The notes beneath the pieces are model-generated. The model was given only the letters and a program-made list of their open reading frames with translations, was not told the origin of the DNA and ran no database searches. From positions 251,182 to 284,116 of the forward strand of contig NW_008246128.1 of NCBI RefSeq assembly GCF_000281045.1: a DNA stretch of 32,935 nucleotides. Direction: 5' to 3'. Each line of letters begins with the position of its first letter. Position 1 is the first letter of the stretch. The position numbers were made by a program, and so were the translations under genes. Shown here piece by piece: positions 1 through 10,000 of this stretch. Source of the stretch: Saprolegnia diclina VS20. Its lineage: Eukaryota.

Positions 1-817
1 GCACCGACGTGACTCGGACGTCGGCCGAAGACTCGGACTCGGTCATGCGACGTGCATCACGTGTCCCAAGCATGAGTCATGGCTAACGTACAACAAATAT
101 GTCGGTGGGTGCCACGCGGTTTAAGCCATCGCAAGAAAGGACCGCTGGCTTTTATGTGATCACGGAATAATCGGCGGTACGCACAGCGACCGTCCATTGT
201 GCCACGGCTACCATGTGACATTGCGTGCATGACAGCGTCTGCATGCTGTTGAAACGAGGCAGAGGGTAGCCGAACACCGAACAACTCGATCTCAACATGC
301 TCAGTGTCTGTGGCTTATCCATAAGCTTCAATGCCCCAGGATATCCAATTCTTGTTGCTAGGAATATTTACACTGTCTTCGTGGGACGAGGCTCCCGGCA
401 TGGACGTAGGTAAACGAAAAGCCCGATATGAATAAGTAGTTTAAGTGTACAACGATTGGACGTAGCGAACATACCAAACTTGCCACACCTTGGTCTCAAT
501 ATGCGAAAGCTGGAAACCTCATCCACGACCCCGCTTCGCACCTCAAAATCTCCCAAAACAGCTCCACGGGCACGTGCCAAAGTCGAGGACGCCCGGCCCC
601 TGTATCTGTTACATAGCCGAGGTCAAATTTCGGGGGTCCTACGGGATTTTGGACGACCCCGCGGGTCAAACTGAGCCTCAGGTGGCGGTCGGGGGCCTCG
701 TGAGCCGCACCCGGTGGTTTCGGGCAGCCCACCGGGGTGACCGGCATCCTGTTGGACTGCGTGTGTACGTACACTCATGTTGGAGGACAATAAGAGTACA
801 ATGGAGATATCTAATAT

Positions 818-1836
818 TCAAACGGTGTGAAAAATGGCCTTTACTTCGTCGCCGCGGAAGGAGACGTAGTCGTTGTCGCTCTTGAGCACGTGCTGGAAGA
901 TGTCCACTCGACCCCACACGCGTGGATCATGGTGGACTTGGCAGCGCTGCCGACCACTCGATGCGCCACTTGTTGTACGACTTGACGTACTCGGAGAGGA
1001 GCCGATACTGACCCTTGGCGGTTGCGGTGATGACGTTCCTCTTGAGCATGGCCGACGTCGTCGAAGTCTCCACCAGCTTGGGGGCCTTCTTGTACCATCT
1101 TCCTGCAAGCGAGTTGAACTTGGCCCCCATGTTTGCCGACCCTATATTGACGTCACGAAATGACATGGAGCACATCGCTGACCGTTCTCCTTCGCGTGTA
1201 AATTACGCAAGCAGTTGGCCGTGAACTCGAAGAGTGCAAGAACCGAAGGCACTTGAAGGGCTACGTCGTGATTGTACCGAAAGCAAGCGTTATGGGAGAA
1301 GGGTACCAGAGACGACGCTCATCGAGGGGGACTGGCTGACCTTGGAAAGACTGGTCTCGTTGGCGTCGAAACCAAATTGGACATCCGGGAGATCGCCAGC
1401 TTGAAATGCTGCTACGGCGCCGAGCAGCTCGCCGATCTGCGTCTCGTTCCCGACCGCGACTTCGGCGATACCTGGATCAACGGAGGCCGCATTGTCTATG
1501 TAATTGATTAGCGTGTTCACGTAAGAGATTTTCATACCTTGAGCTCGAGTGCGCGGAGTAACGAACTCGCCGAAAAATGTGCGGAAATCCGCGAGCGAGT
1601 CGAACTGTCGACAGAAAACTGACGTGTCGGCAGCCTTCATGCCCAGGTCCCGGTCCTTGAGGATATCAGCCATCGTGCCCGAGGCGCGGTTGACGACTTT
1701 GAGCAGCGCCGGCTCGAGCTGGTGTATGATCGGGCGGGTGTAGTCGATATCGACGCCATCGTCCAGCGGGGAGTTGGTTGCAAAAGACGTTGCTTGCTGT
1801 GATTGGTTGCTCCAAAAATGGACGCATGTGATTGGT
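818..1836 (-). pseudogene. Decayed multi-exon gene of unidentified family, possibly the 3' part of a transposon-derived gene
   Basis: Three GT-AG introns (1496-1537, 1261-1306, 1142-1182) splice ORFs 1290..1673 and 927..1175 into one frame: PLDDGVDIDYTRPIIHQLEPALLKVVNRASGTMADILK...SVVSALQVPSVLALFEFTANCLRNLHAKENGSANMGAKFNSLAGRWYKK...YVKSYNKWRIE. Protein-like text then continues in two other frames (GSAAKSTMIHAC; RVDIFQHVLKSDNDYVSFRGDEVKAIFHTV*, stop at 818), implying frameshifts near 900-960. The frame is open up to ~1836 with no ATG above 1673. Confidence 0.55.
1798..1836 (-). promoter_or_regulatory. Tandem CCAAT boxes (ACCAATCACA x2)
   Basis: TGTGATTGGT occurs twice on the + strand (1798-1807 and 1827-1836), directly upstream of the minus-strand decayed gene. 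CCAAT boxes are known oomycete promoter elements. Confidence 0.4.
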
Positions 1837-2524
1837 CAGATCGGTGCCAGGCCCCGTAGACCGGCGGGTTTTCTATAAATAGGGTTGTATGGGGGGCGGG
1901 GCGGCCGAAACTGGTGGGTCAACCAGTGGGTTCCGGGCGACCCCCCTCGGTGACTGGGCGTGCTGTATGAATACAGCCCACCACGATGGCGCTTGTTAGT
2001 ACAATTTGTACTCACAATTTGTACGCAAGGCAATGATAGTCTAGAATAACGACGCGAACATTTTGGTAGGGCAGCACAAGACGCATATTCCTCAAGCCCC
2101 TTGCTGCGTCCGACGCGCTTGGGATGCAGGTCCTGCCGATGCATGGATGGCAAGCTCCTGACGCACGCGAATCAGAAATAGGTGCAATGCAATCACCCGT
2201 GCAAACGCATTATTCCATGCCAGAGCAACGCGTGCCCTGGTAATATTACACATCGCCGATGCGCACGACATATCTCGCAGTGGCACACTTGAGCAGGGTC
2301 CACGTACCGTGTATGCACATGAGTCTCGATTTGGCGAGGGCTGCCACCGCCAAAACGAGCGTTAAGGGCGGGAGCATCAAGTGGATGCGCCATACAAGGA
2401 GTGGCTCGTTTGATCTGAGGATGTGTGTGGCGGAAAAACAGACTTGGACGATGCATGCGAATCCCACTCGTGATTCCCGTTCCAGCCGTTTGAGTCCGGC
2501 ACAGAACAACAGGGCTGCATTTCC

Positions 2525-3515
2525 GTAAGACATGTTGGTTGTTGTTGAAGTGGGTCTTCTATTAAAATAGATACGTAAATCTACGCTAAATAAAATTGTC
2601 GGACTTTCTTCGTTGTGTAGGCGCTGGTGTTGATCTTGATCTAGGCCGGCGGAGGCAGGAGCGCGATCCGCGGGACAAGGTGCTGGCGCGGAATCGTGTT
2701 GAGCGAGGAGCCGGAGAAGGCGACGGAGAGCCATCTACCCGGGATTTGAACGAGGCTGTGGTGCAAGTGCATTTGAGCGACACGCGCCGCTTTGACGGCA
2801 ATCGTCCATGGACTTTGCAGTGGGAAGTCGGTGTGAAAGACGCGATCGTTTCGGACGCGCCAGACGTTGAACCAGACGCAGGCGCGGAGCACTGGCCAAA
2901 GGTAGTGGAAAGCGGCTCGGTGCATGTTGGAGGCCGTCTTCGGCGTCGAGTAGAGGTAGCCCGAGAGTGTTGTCGGCAAGACTACACCCAAGGGGGCCGT
3001 GACCGCGTGGAGGGTGCTCCACACGTCCTTGATGAAGTCGCAGTCTACGAGACAGTGGCGGTACGTCTCGTGCTCGGGGCAAAAGAGGCACGCTTGGTCG
3101 GCCCTGTCGAGCCAGTGCAAATGAGCGCGGAGCTTGACCGCGCGAAGCATCACTTGGTAGACGAAGTCGGCGTACTTGGGCAAGATGGCGTCGGGTAGTC
3201 GGAGCTCGGCAGCGGAGGCGACGGCTGTAGGCGTCGCGTAAAAGTCACCGTCGACGTCCAAATGGCGGGTCGGGAGCTGGAAGGCTGTCCTTGGCGGGCT
3301 TCGGCCAGAGTCATCTGGGTCAACAGCTTCGTCGCGTTGCGCAGGCGAACCAGCCATGGCGGCTTGAGAGTCGGGCTCGGCAGCGGGCTACACTTGTGGG
3401 CGTCGACCGTCGTTGCAAGCCAGCCGAGCCACTGGGCGTTCGGCGTCACGTGTGGTCCGAGGGCTCGGCTGTGGCACTTGTCGTTCACAGCGTGGATGAG
3501 TAAGACAAGTTGGTT
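2525..3515 (-). mobile_element. 5'-truncated L1/Tx1-type non-LTR retrotransposon (ORF2 C-terminus with zf-RVT), including its TSDs
   Basis: ORF 2641..3357 contains CLFCPEHETYRHCLVDC...VW...VWFNVWRVRNDRVF, the CCHC knuckle plus WxxRN motif that follows RT in L1-clade ORF2. Coding continues upstream in another frame (3150..3488). A ~100-nt 3' UTR ends in a CAA-repeat tail. Flanking direct repeats GTAAGACATGTTGGTT (2525-2540) and GTAAGACAAGTTGGTT (3500-3515) match at 15/16. Confidence 0.9.
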
Positions 3516-4145
3516 CTGAACCGCGATGCTGCTAAAGGTCCTAGCAGCACTTTTGATGTGGCAAACATTGATTCACATTATTCTATAACTAACGTTAACG
3601 TTAAGACAATATGTGAAAGATGCGAGAAACATCAGTCGTCATGTGGCGTTGGTCCTAAACTGCCTCTTTACTGGGTGACAGTACGTTGTACTAATACAGC
3701 TTAAACCACGGGCGAGCCTGGCATCGCGTGGTCGCATAGTCGAGACAAGTGCCATGAGATGCAAGGGACGTCAGCCGACGCACCGAATACACGAATACAC
3801 CTCATCCTGTTTGATGCAAAGATGCAGTCCCATCGGCAGTCACCCAGCTGCCATACCCCTTGGATCTGTCATGTCGTACATCTCGTTCACCGCGACAGAC
3901 GTATCCCAGCGCATCCTTGAGTCTGCGACTAGAGTTGTACCGAGCTGTATCATGACAATCTGTTGTCAACCAGTTTTCTAGTACCGGTAGTGTGGAGTGA
4001 AGCGCGTGGCATGGCATAGCACTCGGAACATTTAGCGCAAGACACGATAGCTGGTATCCGCGACGTAGCACCCATCGAAATGCGACACGGAAAATCGCAG
4101 ATGCAACACCCCAGCGCACTAACTACAACAGGACGTATTCGAGGT

Positions 4146-4157
4146 TCATTTTGCAAT
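4146..4157 (+). promoter_or_regulatory. Oomycete Inr/FPR core promoter element of the S28 peptidase gene
   Basis: TCATTTTGCAAT matches the oomycete TCATTYYNCAWT consensus and ends 4 nt before the ATG at 4162. Confidence 0.7.
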
Positions 4158-4161
4158 CGCC

Positions 4162-6897
4162 ATGCTGGGTCCCAAGCTCGTCTCGGCGCTCATCGGGTTG
4201 CCGCTGCTCGTCCTCGGGCAGATCGCTCCGCCTTTTGACATGCACGCGCTCCGCGAGCGGAAGCTCGGGAACGCGTCGATTGCCAACCGGCTGGAGAACA
4301 CTGTCGTGGACCTTTGGTTTGACGAGGCCATTCTTGACCACAACGACACGAGTGCCGGCCACTGGAGCCAGCGTTACCATTACAACGACGAGTACTACGG
4401 CGGCGCGGGCTCACCCGTCTTTCTGTACATCAACGGCGAGTGGGAGGCGTCGAAGTACACGGTCTCAGACACGGGCTCCACCATGGTCGACTTGGCCATC
4501 AAGCACAAGGCGATGATCGTGGCCGTAGAACACCGGTATCAATCTTCTGCCACTTGAGTGTACCATCTCACGCCTCCATAGCTACTACGGCGATTCGGTG
4601 CCGAACGGCGACCAAAGCGAGGCATCGATGCGCAAGTACCACTCGTCGACGCAGGCGCTGGCCGATCTTGTCAGTCTCCTGTCACCTCATGTTTATGTTC
4701 ATTCTCGCATTAGGCGACGTTCCATGCCTTCTTTACGGAAAAGCACAGCCTCCAAGACGCACGCTGGATCGCGTGGGGCTACTCGTACTCCGGCATGCTC
4801 TCGTCGTGGTTCAAGCTCAAGTACCCGTCCTTGGTCGCCGGGTACATATTGCCCTTGCTCGCGTGTCGGGACGCTCACGTTGGTATTAAATGTTGTAGTG
4901 CGGTGGCATCGTCGGCGCCTGTTCAAGCCTCGTTCGACCACAAGGCGTACATGGAAGGCGTCACTCGCGGCCTCAAGTACCATGGTGGCCAGCGCTGTCT
5001 CGACAACTTTGAATCGGCCATCAATGACTTTCACGCGCTCGTCGTCGCGGGCGGCAACCCGCTTCGCACCAAGTTTGGCTCGTGCGGCGCGACGGCGACT
5101 CTCCAAGAGAAGCAAGCGATCGAGTGGGAAGTCATGAGCTACTACCACGGCATCGGACAGAATGGCCGCGACCATGGCTACTCGATCAAGGAGGTCTGTG
5201 ACTACATGGCGGACGCCACCAATGGACAGACGCCCATGGACCGCATGAGCAAGTGGAAGCTCGCCATCTACCATGGGTGCGCGCCGGGCTTTGTCTTCAA
5301 CGGCAGCAAGTGGGTCCCGGTCCGCGCTTTGCGCCAAGGTACACCTTCCACAGTCACAGTGAACGGCACAAACTTATCGTGTCTTGGTTGCATAGCCGCC
5401 AACCCCGAGTTTGGCCAGTGGACGTGGCAGACGTGCAATGAATTCGGCTTCCTCATCACGGCCAGCACGGGCGACAACACGCCATTTCGCGGCCTTGCGT
5501 ACGCGAGCCCCGAGATCGTGCACCGCTACTCGCCGTGCACGACGCGCTTCCATGTGGACGCTGCGACGATGCGCGCCAACGTCGACGCGACCAACGCCAA
5601 GTACGGCGGCTGGGACATTGATGTTGAGAACGTCATTTTCACTAATGGCGCAATCGACCCGTGGTCGGGCCTCAGTGTCACCAAGCAGCCCAAGAACCCC
5701 AAGTCGCGCTTCGTGGTCATTGAAGGCGCGACACATTGTGAAGATGCCTACCTCTCGTATGTCGACGGCCCGATGAAGGACTCAATCAAGGTGATTGGCG
5801 AGGCCGTTGCCGACTTTTTGGCGGACGCGCCACCAGCGGCCACTGCCGCGCCCACGGAAGCCCCGACTCTTGCCCCGACTCTTGCCCCGACTCTTGCCCC
5901 GACGTCTGCCCCGACGTCTGCCCCGACGCTTGCCCCGACACCCGCGCCGACGCCCAAGGTGGTGACGCCAGTGCCCACATCGGATGCCGCGTGCGGTCCC
6001 GTGGAGATGGATACTGATTACTACGGCAACGATGTGGCGGCAATTCGGCGCGCGTCTGCCGCCGACTGCTGCGCCGACTGCAAGGTGACGCCCGGTTGCA
6101 AGCTCTACGTCTGGAACCACCACGACGGTGGGACTTGTTGGTTGAAGTCGAAGAAAGGCACCCGCTCCGTGTACCCCGGCGCGGTCGCCGGCACCGTGGA
6201 TGCCTCCGTTGCTACGAAAGCGCCGGTCACGTGCCCGCCGATGGAGATGGACACGGACTACTACGGCAACGACGTGGCCGCGGTCTCGCGTGCGTCGGCG
6301 GACGACTGCTGCGCCGACTGCAAGGCGACGCCCGGTTGCAAGCTCTACGTCTGGAACCGCCACGACGGTGGGACTTGTTGGTTAAAGACCAAGAAGGGCA
6401 CTCGCACTACGTACTACGGTGCCAAGGCTGGCGTCATCGACGCACCTGCCAACGACCAGTGCCCGCCCATGGAGCACAACACCGACTACTACGGCAACGA
6501 CATTGCGTCGGTGGCCCGCAAGTCGGCCGACGACTGCTGCGCCGACTGCAAGGCGACGCCTGGCTGCAAGGTGTACGTCTGGAACCTTCACAACGGCGGC
6601 ACCTGCTGGCTGAAGTCCAAGAAGGGGACGCGGTCGACGTACCATGGGGCTATGGCCGGTGTCGTCGACGCGGCCCTGACGACCTGCGCGATCGAAGCCA
6701 ACATCGACTACTACGGCAACGATGTGGCAGCGATTCCGCGCACGTCGTCGGACGACTGCTGCGACGACTGCCATGCGACTCCCGGGTGCTCCGTGTGGGT
6801 TTGGAACATTCACAACGGCGGGACGTGCTGGCTCAAGAGCAAGAAGGGCAACCGGTCCGTGTACCATGGTGCCATCTCGGGCTCGCTCCGAGCCTAA
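4162..6897 (+). CDS. Secreted serine peptidase, family S28, with Thr/Pro linker and four C-terminal PAN/Apple domains (5 exons)
   Basis: Hydrophobic signal peptide MLGPKLVSALIGLPLLVLG. S28 motifs after splicing: LDHND...WSQRY, PVFLYINGE, EHRYYGDS, QALADLA, nucleophile WGYSYSG, ASSAPV, QWTWQTCNEFGF, NGAIDPW (Asp), GATHCED (His). Introns at 4536-4581, 4670-4713, 4842-4898 and 5339-5395. Four C-x6-DYYGND...DCCxDC...PGC..(Y/W)VW...GGTCWLK units lie at ~5992-6888. Confidence 0.93.
5848..5955 (+). repeat. Coding 12-bp minisatellite, 9 copies, encoding the (APTx)n linker
   Basis: GCCCCGACTCTT / GCCCCGACGTCT units give APTE APTL APTL APTL APTS APTS APTL APTP APTP, a typical O-glycosylated spacer. 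Confidence 0.9.
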
Positions 6898-6989
6898 GTG
6901 CCGGCGCAGCATCTTTGCGAGACCCGCTGCACCAAAGCCGTCTGCAATACATTCAGGCATTGCCCTTTAAGAAATGTATCAATCCGTTG

Positions 6990-7031
6990 ACATTCAATTC
7001 TGTGTTTTTGACATTCAGTTCTGTGTTTTTG
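6990..7031. repeat. 21-bp tandem duplication in the convergent 3' intergenic gap
   Basis: ACATTCAATTCTGTGTTTTTG followed by ACATTCAGTTCTGTGTTTTTG (1 mismatch). Confidence 0.85.
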
Positions 7032-7051
7032 CGTCGATGCAAGTCAATTTA

Positions 7052-10000
7052 CTAGGCCAAGTCGACTTCTCCATCCGAGAGCCGCAATGCCGGCTCTGCC
7101 TGCCGCGTGTACGCCTGCAGCTCCTTGGCGAGCTGGCCCAGATACGATCCATGGGCACTGGCCGCGGCGCTGGCCATTTCACGCTTGGCCGCCCAGTCGG
7201 TGACCTTGCTGCCCCCAATGTGCGACTTGTACGAGGGTGTCGCAAGCGCACCATAGTGCCTAGGACCCAAGTCATGCGGCGTGGTGTTGCATCGCCAAAG
7301 TGTACCGCTCGTCGGGCTGGCGATGGTAGTAGTAGCGGTTTTGGGCTGCCATCTCGGACGGGTGAAGCTGCTGCATGGGTGCCGAGTACGTTCTCGCGTA
7401 CGCGGGTTGCTCGTAGCTTCGATAGTCGTACTGCGGGCGGTGCACGGGGGGCACATCCGACGGCCACGCAATGTTCTCGCGGTCACGGGGGCGCAGCTTG
7501 TGCGACATGGCGGCGCCGTCCTGAAGCAACTCATCGTGAAGCCGCTCGAGTGTCGCGTCGACCGACTCGTTTGTCGACACGTCATCGTCATCGTCGTGGT
7601 CCTCGTCCACGTGGTCACACGCGCGCTCCAACGCGTGGATCTTGCTCGCGCGTTTGGCTACCCACTTCTCCGTCGCCTTGAGGTCCCGTGCGTCATTGGC
7701 CAGTTGCTCAGCGTGCTACACAGCGTCGTCATCAGTCTTGGTGTAAAAATCTGCATCTCTACAAGCTCGAGAAGCTGCCGCATCTCTGAGACCCAGCTCG
7801 GGTCTTTCGGCGATATGGACGTCTCGTGGCGCCACCAGTCTTTCTCGCACTGAAGCTTGGCCATGCGGGTTTTCAGCGCTTTCTTCTGTTTTGCAACAAA
7901 GTGCTTGGCCTTCTCAAGGAGTGCGACTTCCTTCTCAATCTTGCGCTGCCATTGAACGCGTCGGTGGCGACTTTCCGCGTTGCGTCGACGGACCTTTTGC
8001 TTGGCTGCTGGTCGTGAATGGGCCTCCCACGCCGGGTTGGGGGATCGGTACGGCGACGATGGTGCTGGTTGTTGCAGTGGTTGCGGCTTGTCGAGCACGA
8101 GCTCGGGGAGCTCGCCAGGTTGTAGATTCTGGACTTTGGAGAGCGCGTCTTCGCGGTTGAGCTGGTGGGTATCCCGAAGCCGTGCTGCCAAATGGGCTTC
8201 CTCCTGCATGTATCATCCGCAATGATGCGAAGTTGCATGCAACGATTCAGACGCACCTCGTGCAATTGCTTGGCCATGGCGTGCATCTGTACGGTTTGCT
8301 TGTCTTGGAGCTCGCGCTGGTAGGCCGCAAGTTTGTCCTACATATGTCACGTACGGTCATCTCCACAATCCCTCTGTGCTTTTACGTGGAAGCCTTTGAG
8401 AGCCCGCTGGAGCTGGAGCTCATGATCGTGTTGGCAGTGGCGCAGTGCGGCTTGGAACTCGGTTTCTTCGTGTTCGAGGCGCTGCGTGGTTTGGTGCTGA
8501 AACGCCAGCACGACCTCTTCCAGCTGCCGCTCGCAGCTCGCGCGGACGCGCGCTTTCTGCCGCGCCAAAGCGAGCTCCTCTCGATCGGAAAAGTCGCGCA
8601 GCTGGCCCATGTACTCGGAGCGCAACAGCCGCTTCTTGTGCTCGTAGTTGAGACGCTCGAGGCTCGAGAGCGACTCGAGCGCGTTCGTGTGCAGTCGCTG
8701 CGCCGCCGACCGCAGCGTCGCGTTCTCCACATGGAGGCCTTCGATTTCCAGCGCCAAGTCGCGGCAGCGCAGATCTAGCATGCTGGCTTTGCGCCGCCAC
8801 GTATCGAGCTGCGACGTGACCTCTTTGAGGTGCGTCTCGAGCTCGTTTTGGTTGACGTGGGCCATTTGCAACTTGACCGAGTGCAGCTCGTGGTTGCTCG
8901 CCGTCGTCGACGACGACATCGTCGGCGCCACCGGAGTCGACGCCGACGCGAGAAGAAACAGTTCGTCTTTCTCGGTTTGTACGGCTTTCAACCGCGCTTT
9001 GAGCGCCTCCAGATCGGTGGCGGCTTGCACCTTCTCTTGTCGTGCCTGCTCTTGAACCGAAGCAGACAAAACCTCGAGCTTTTGCCGCTGCAGCGAGATA
9101 GTCTCAAGCTCCTTGGATTTGAGCTGCAGCTCCTTGGCGCGGTCGTGCACACTCTGACGCAGCGTCTCGGTGTCGGCCTCGGCGGTCGCAACCTTGGCCA
9201 ACAGCTCTTTTTTGAGGTCGTCGAGCTCGCGTTTGTGTTGCGACGTCAGCTGATCTCGCTGCGACTCGTCGTCGTTGGAGCGTCGCTGAAGCGAGTCGGC
9301 TAGCTCTTGGCGAATCGCCTTGAGCTTTGCCTCGAGCGATGCAGTCTCAGAGCGCAACTTGGTCTCGGCAGTCTCTTTGGCGGTTGTTGTCGTAGCCAAC
9401 TCGGTCTTGAGCCGGTCAATATCGGTTTCGTAGCGTTTGAGCCGGCTCTCGAATGCACTCGCGCTGTACTGCAACTGGCGTTTCTCATCTTCAAGCGACT
9501 CGACCTAATCCGCATCAAGCACCGCATTGGTCTCACAGCCGTACATGGTGGGTTGCCTCCCGCAGCTGCGTTTCGAGCGATCGTTGCGACTCGACAAGCG
9601 ACCGCACCTTGCTCTCGACGTCGACCTTGTCTTGGCTCGTGCGCTTGTAGTTGTCATCGATCTCGTCTCGCTCTTGCTCGAGACGGCGCACCGCACCTTC
9701 GGCTTGCTGCAGTTGCTTGGCGACCTTCTCGCAGCGCTCCTGGATGGCCTGCTTCTCCGTGGTTATCGACGCCATAGATCGCTCCAGGGACTCGATGGAG
9801 GTTTTGCTCTTGCTCTCAACGTCCTGGAGCTTTTGGGTCATCAAACGGAGCTTCTCGACCGCTTGCTGCTTTTCGAGAAGTAGCGTGTCGACCTGTTCCT
9901 TCCACGCCGAGCTATTCGCCTTCTCGGACGAGCTCTTGTCGGTTGGGACGGCGGCCATCGCTTTGGCTTTGAGCGCATCGACTTCTTGCTGAAGCAATGT

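Noticed and set aside
1..46. Possible minus-strand gene start MTESESSADVRVTSV running off the window edge
   Set aside because: Only 15 codons are visible, which is not enough to support a call.
583..604. Candidate left terminal inverted repeat matching 1952-1967
   Set aside because: Only about 11/16 identity in GC-rich sequence and no TSD, so not distinguishable from chance.
1999..2024. Palindrome GTACAATTTGTAC and duplicated ACAATTTGTAC
   Set aside because: Too short and without context; likely a local microduplication.
5848..6888. Regularly spaced repeats that could suggest a CRISPR array
   Set aside because: They are in-frame coding repeats (linker and PAN domains) in a eukaryotic gene, with no spacer structure and no cas genes.
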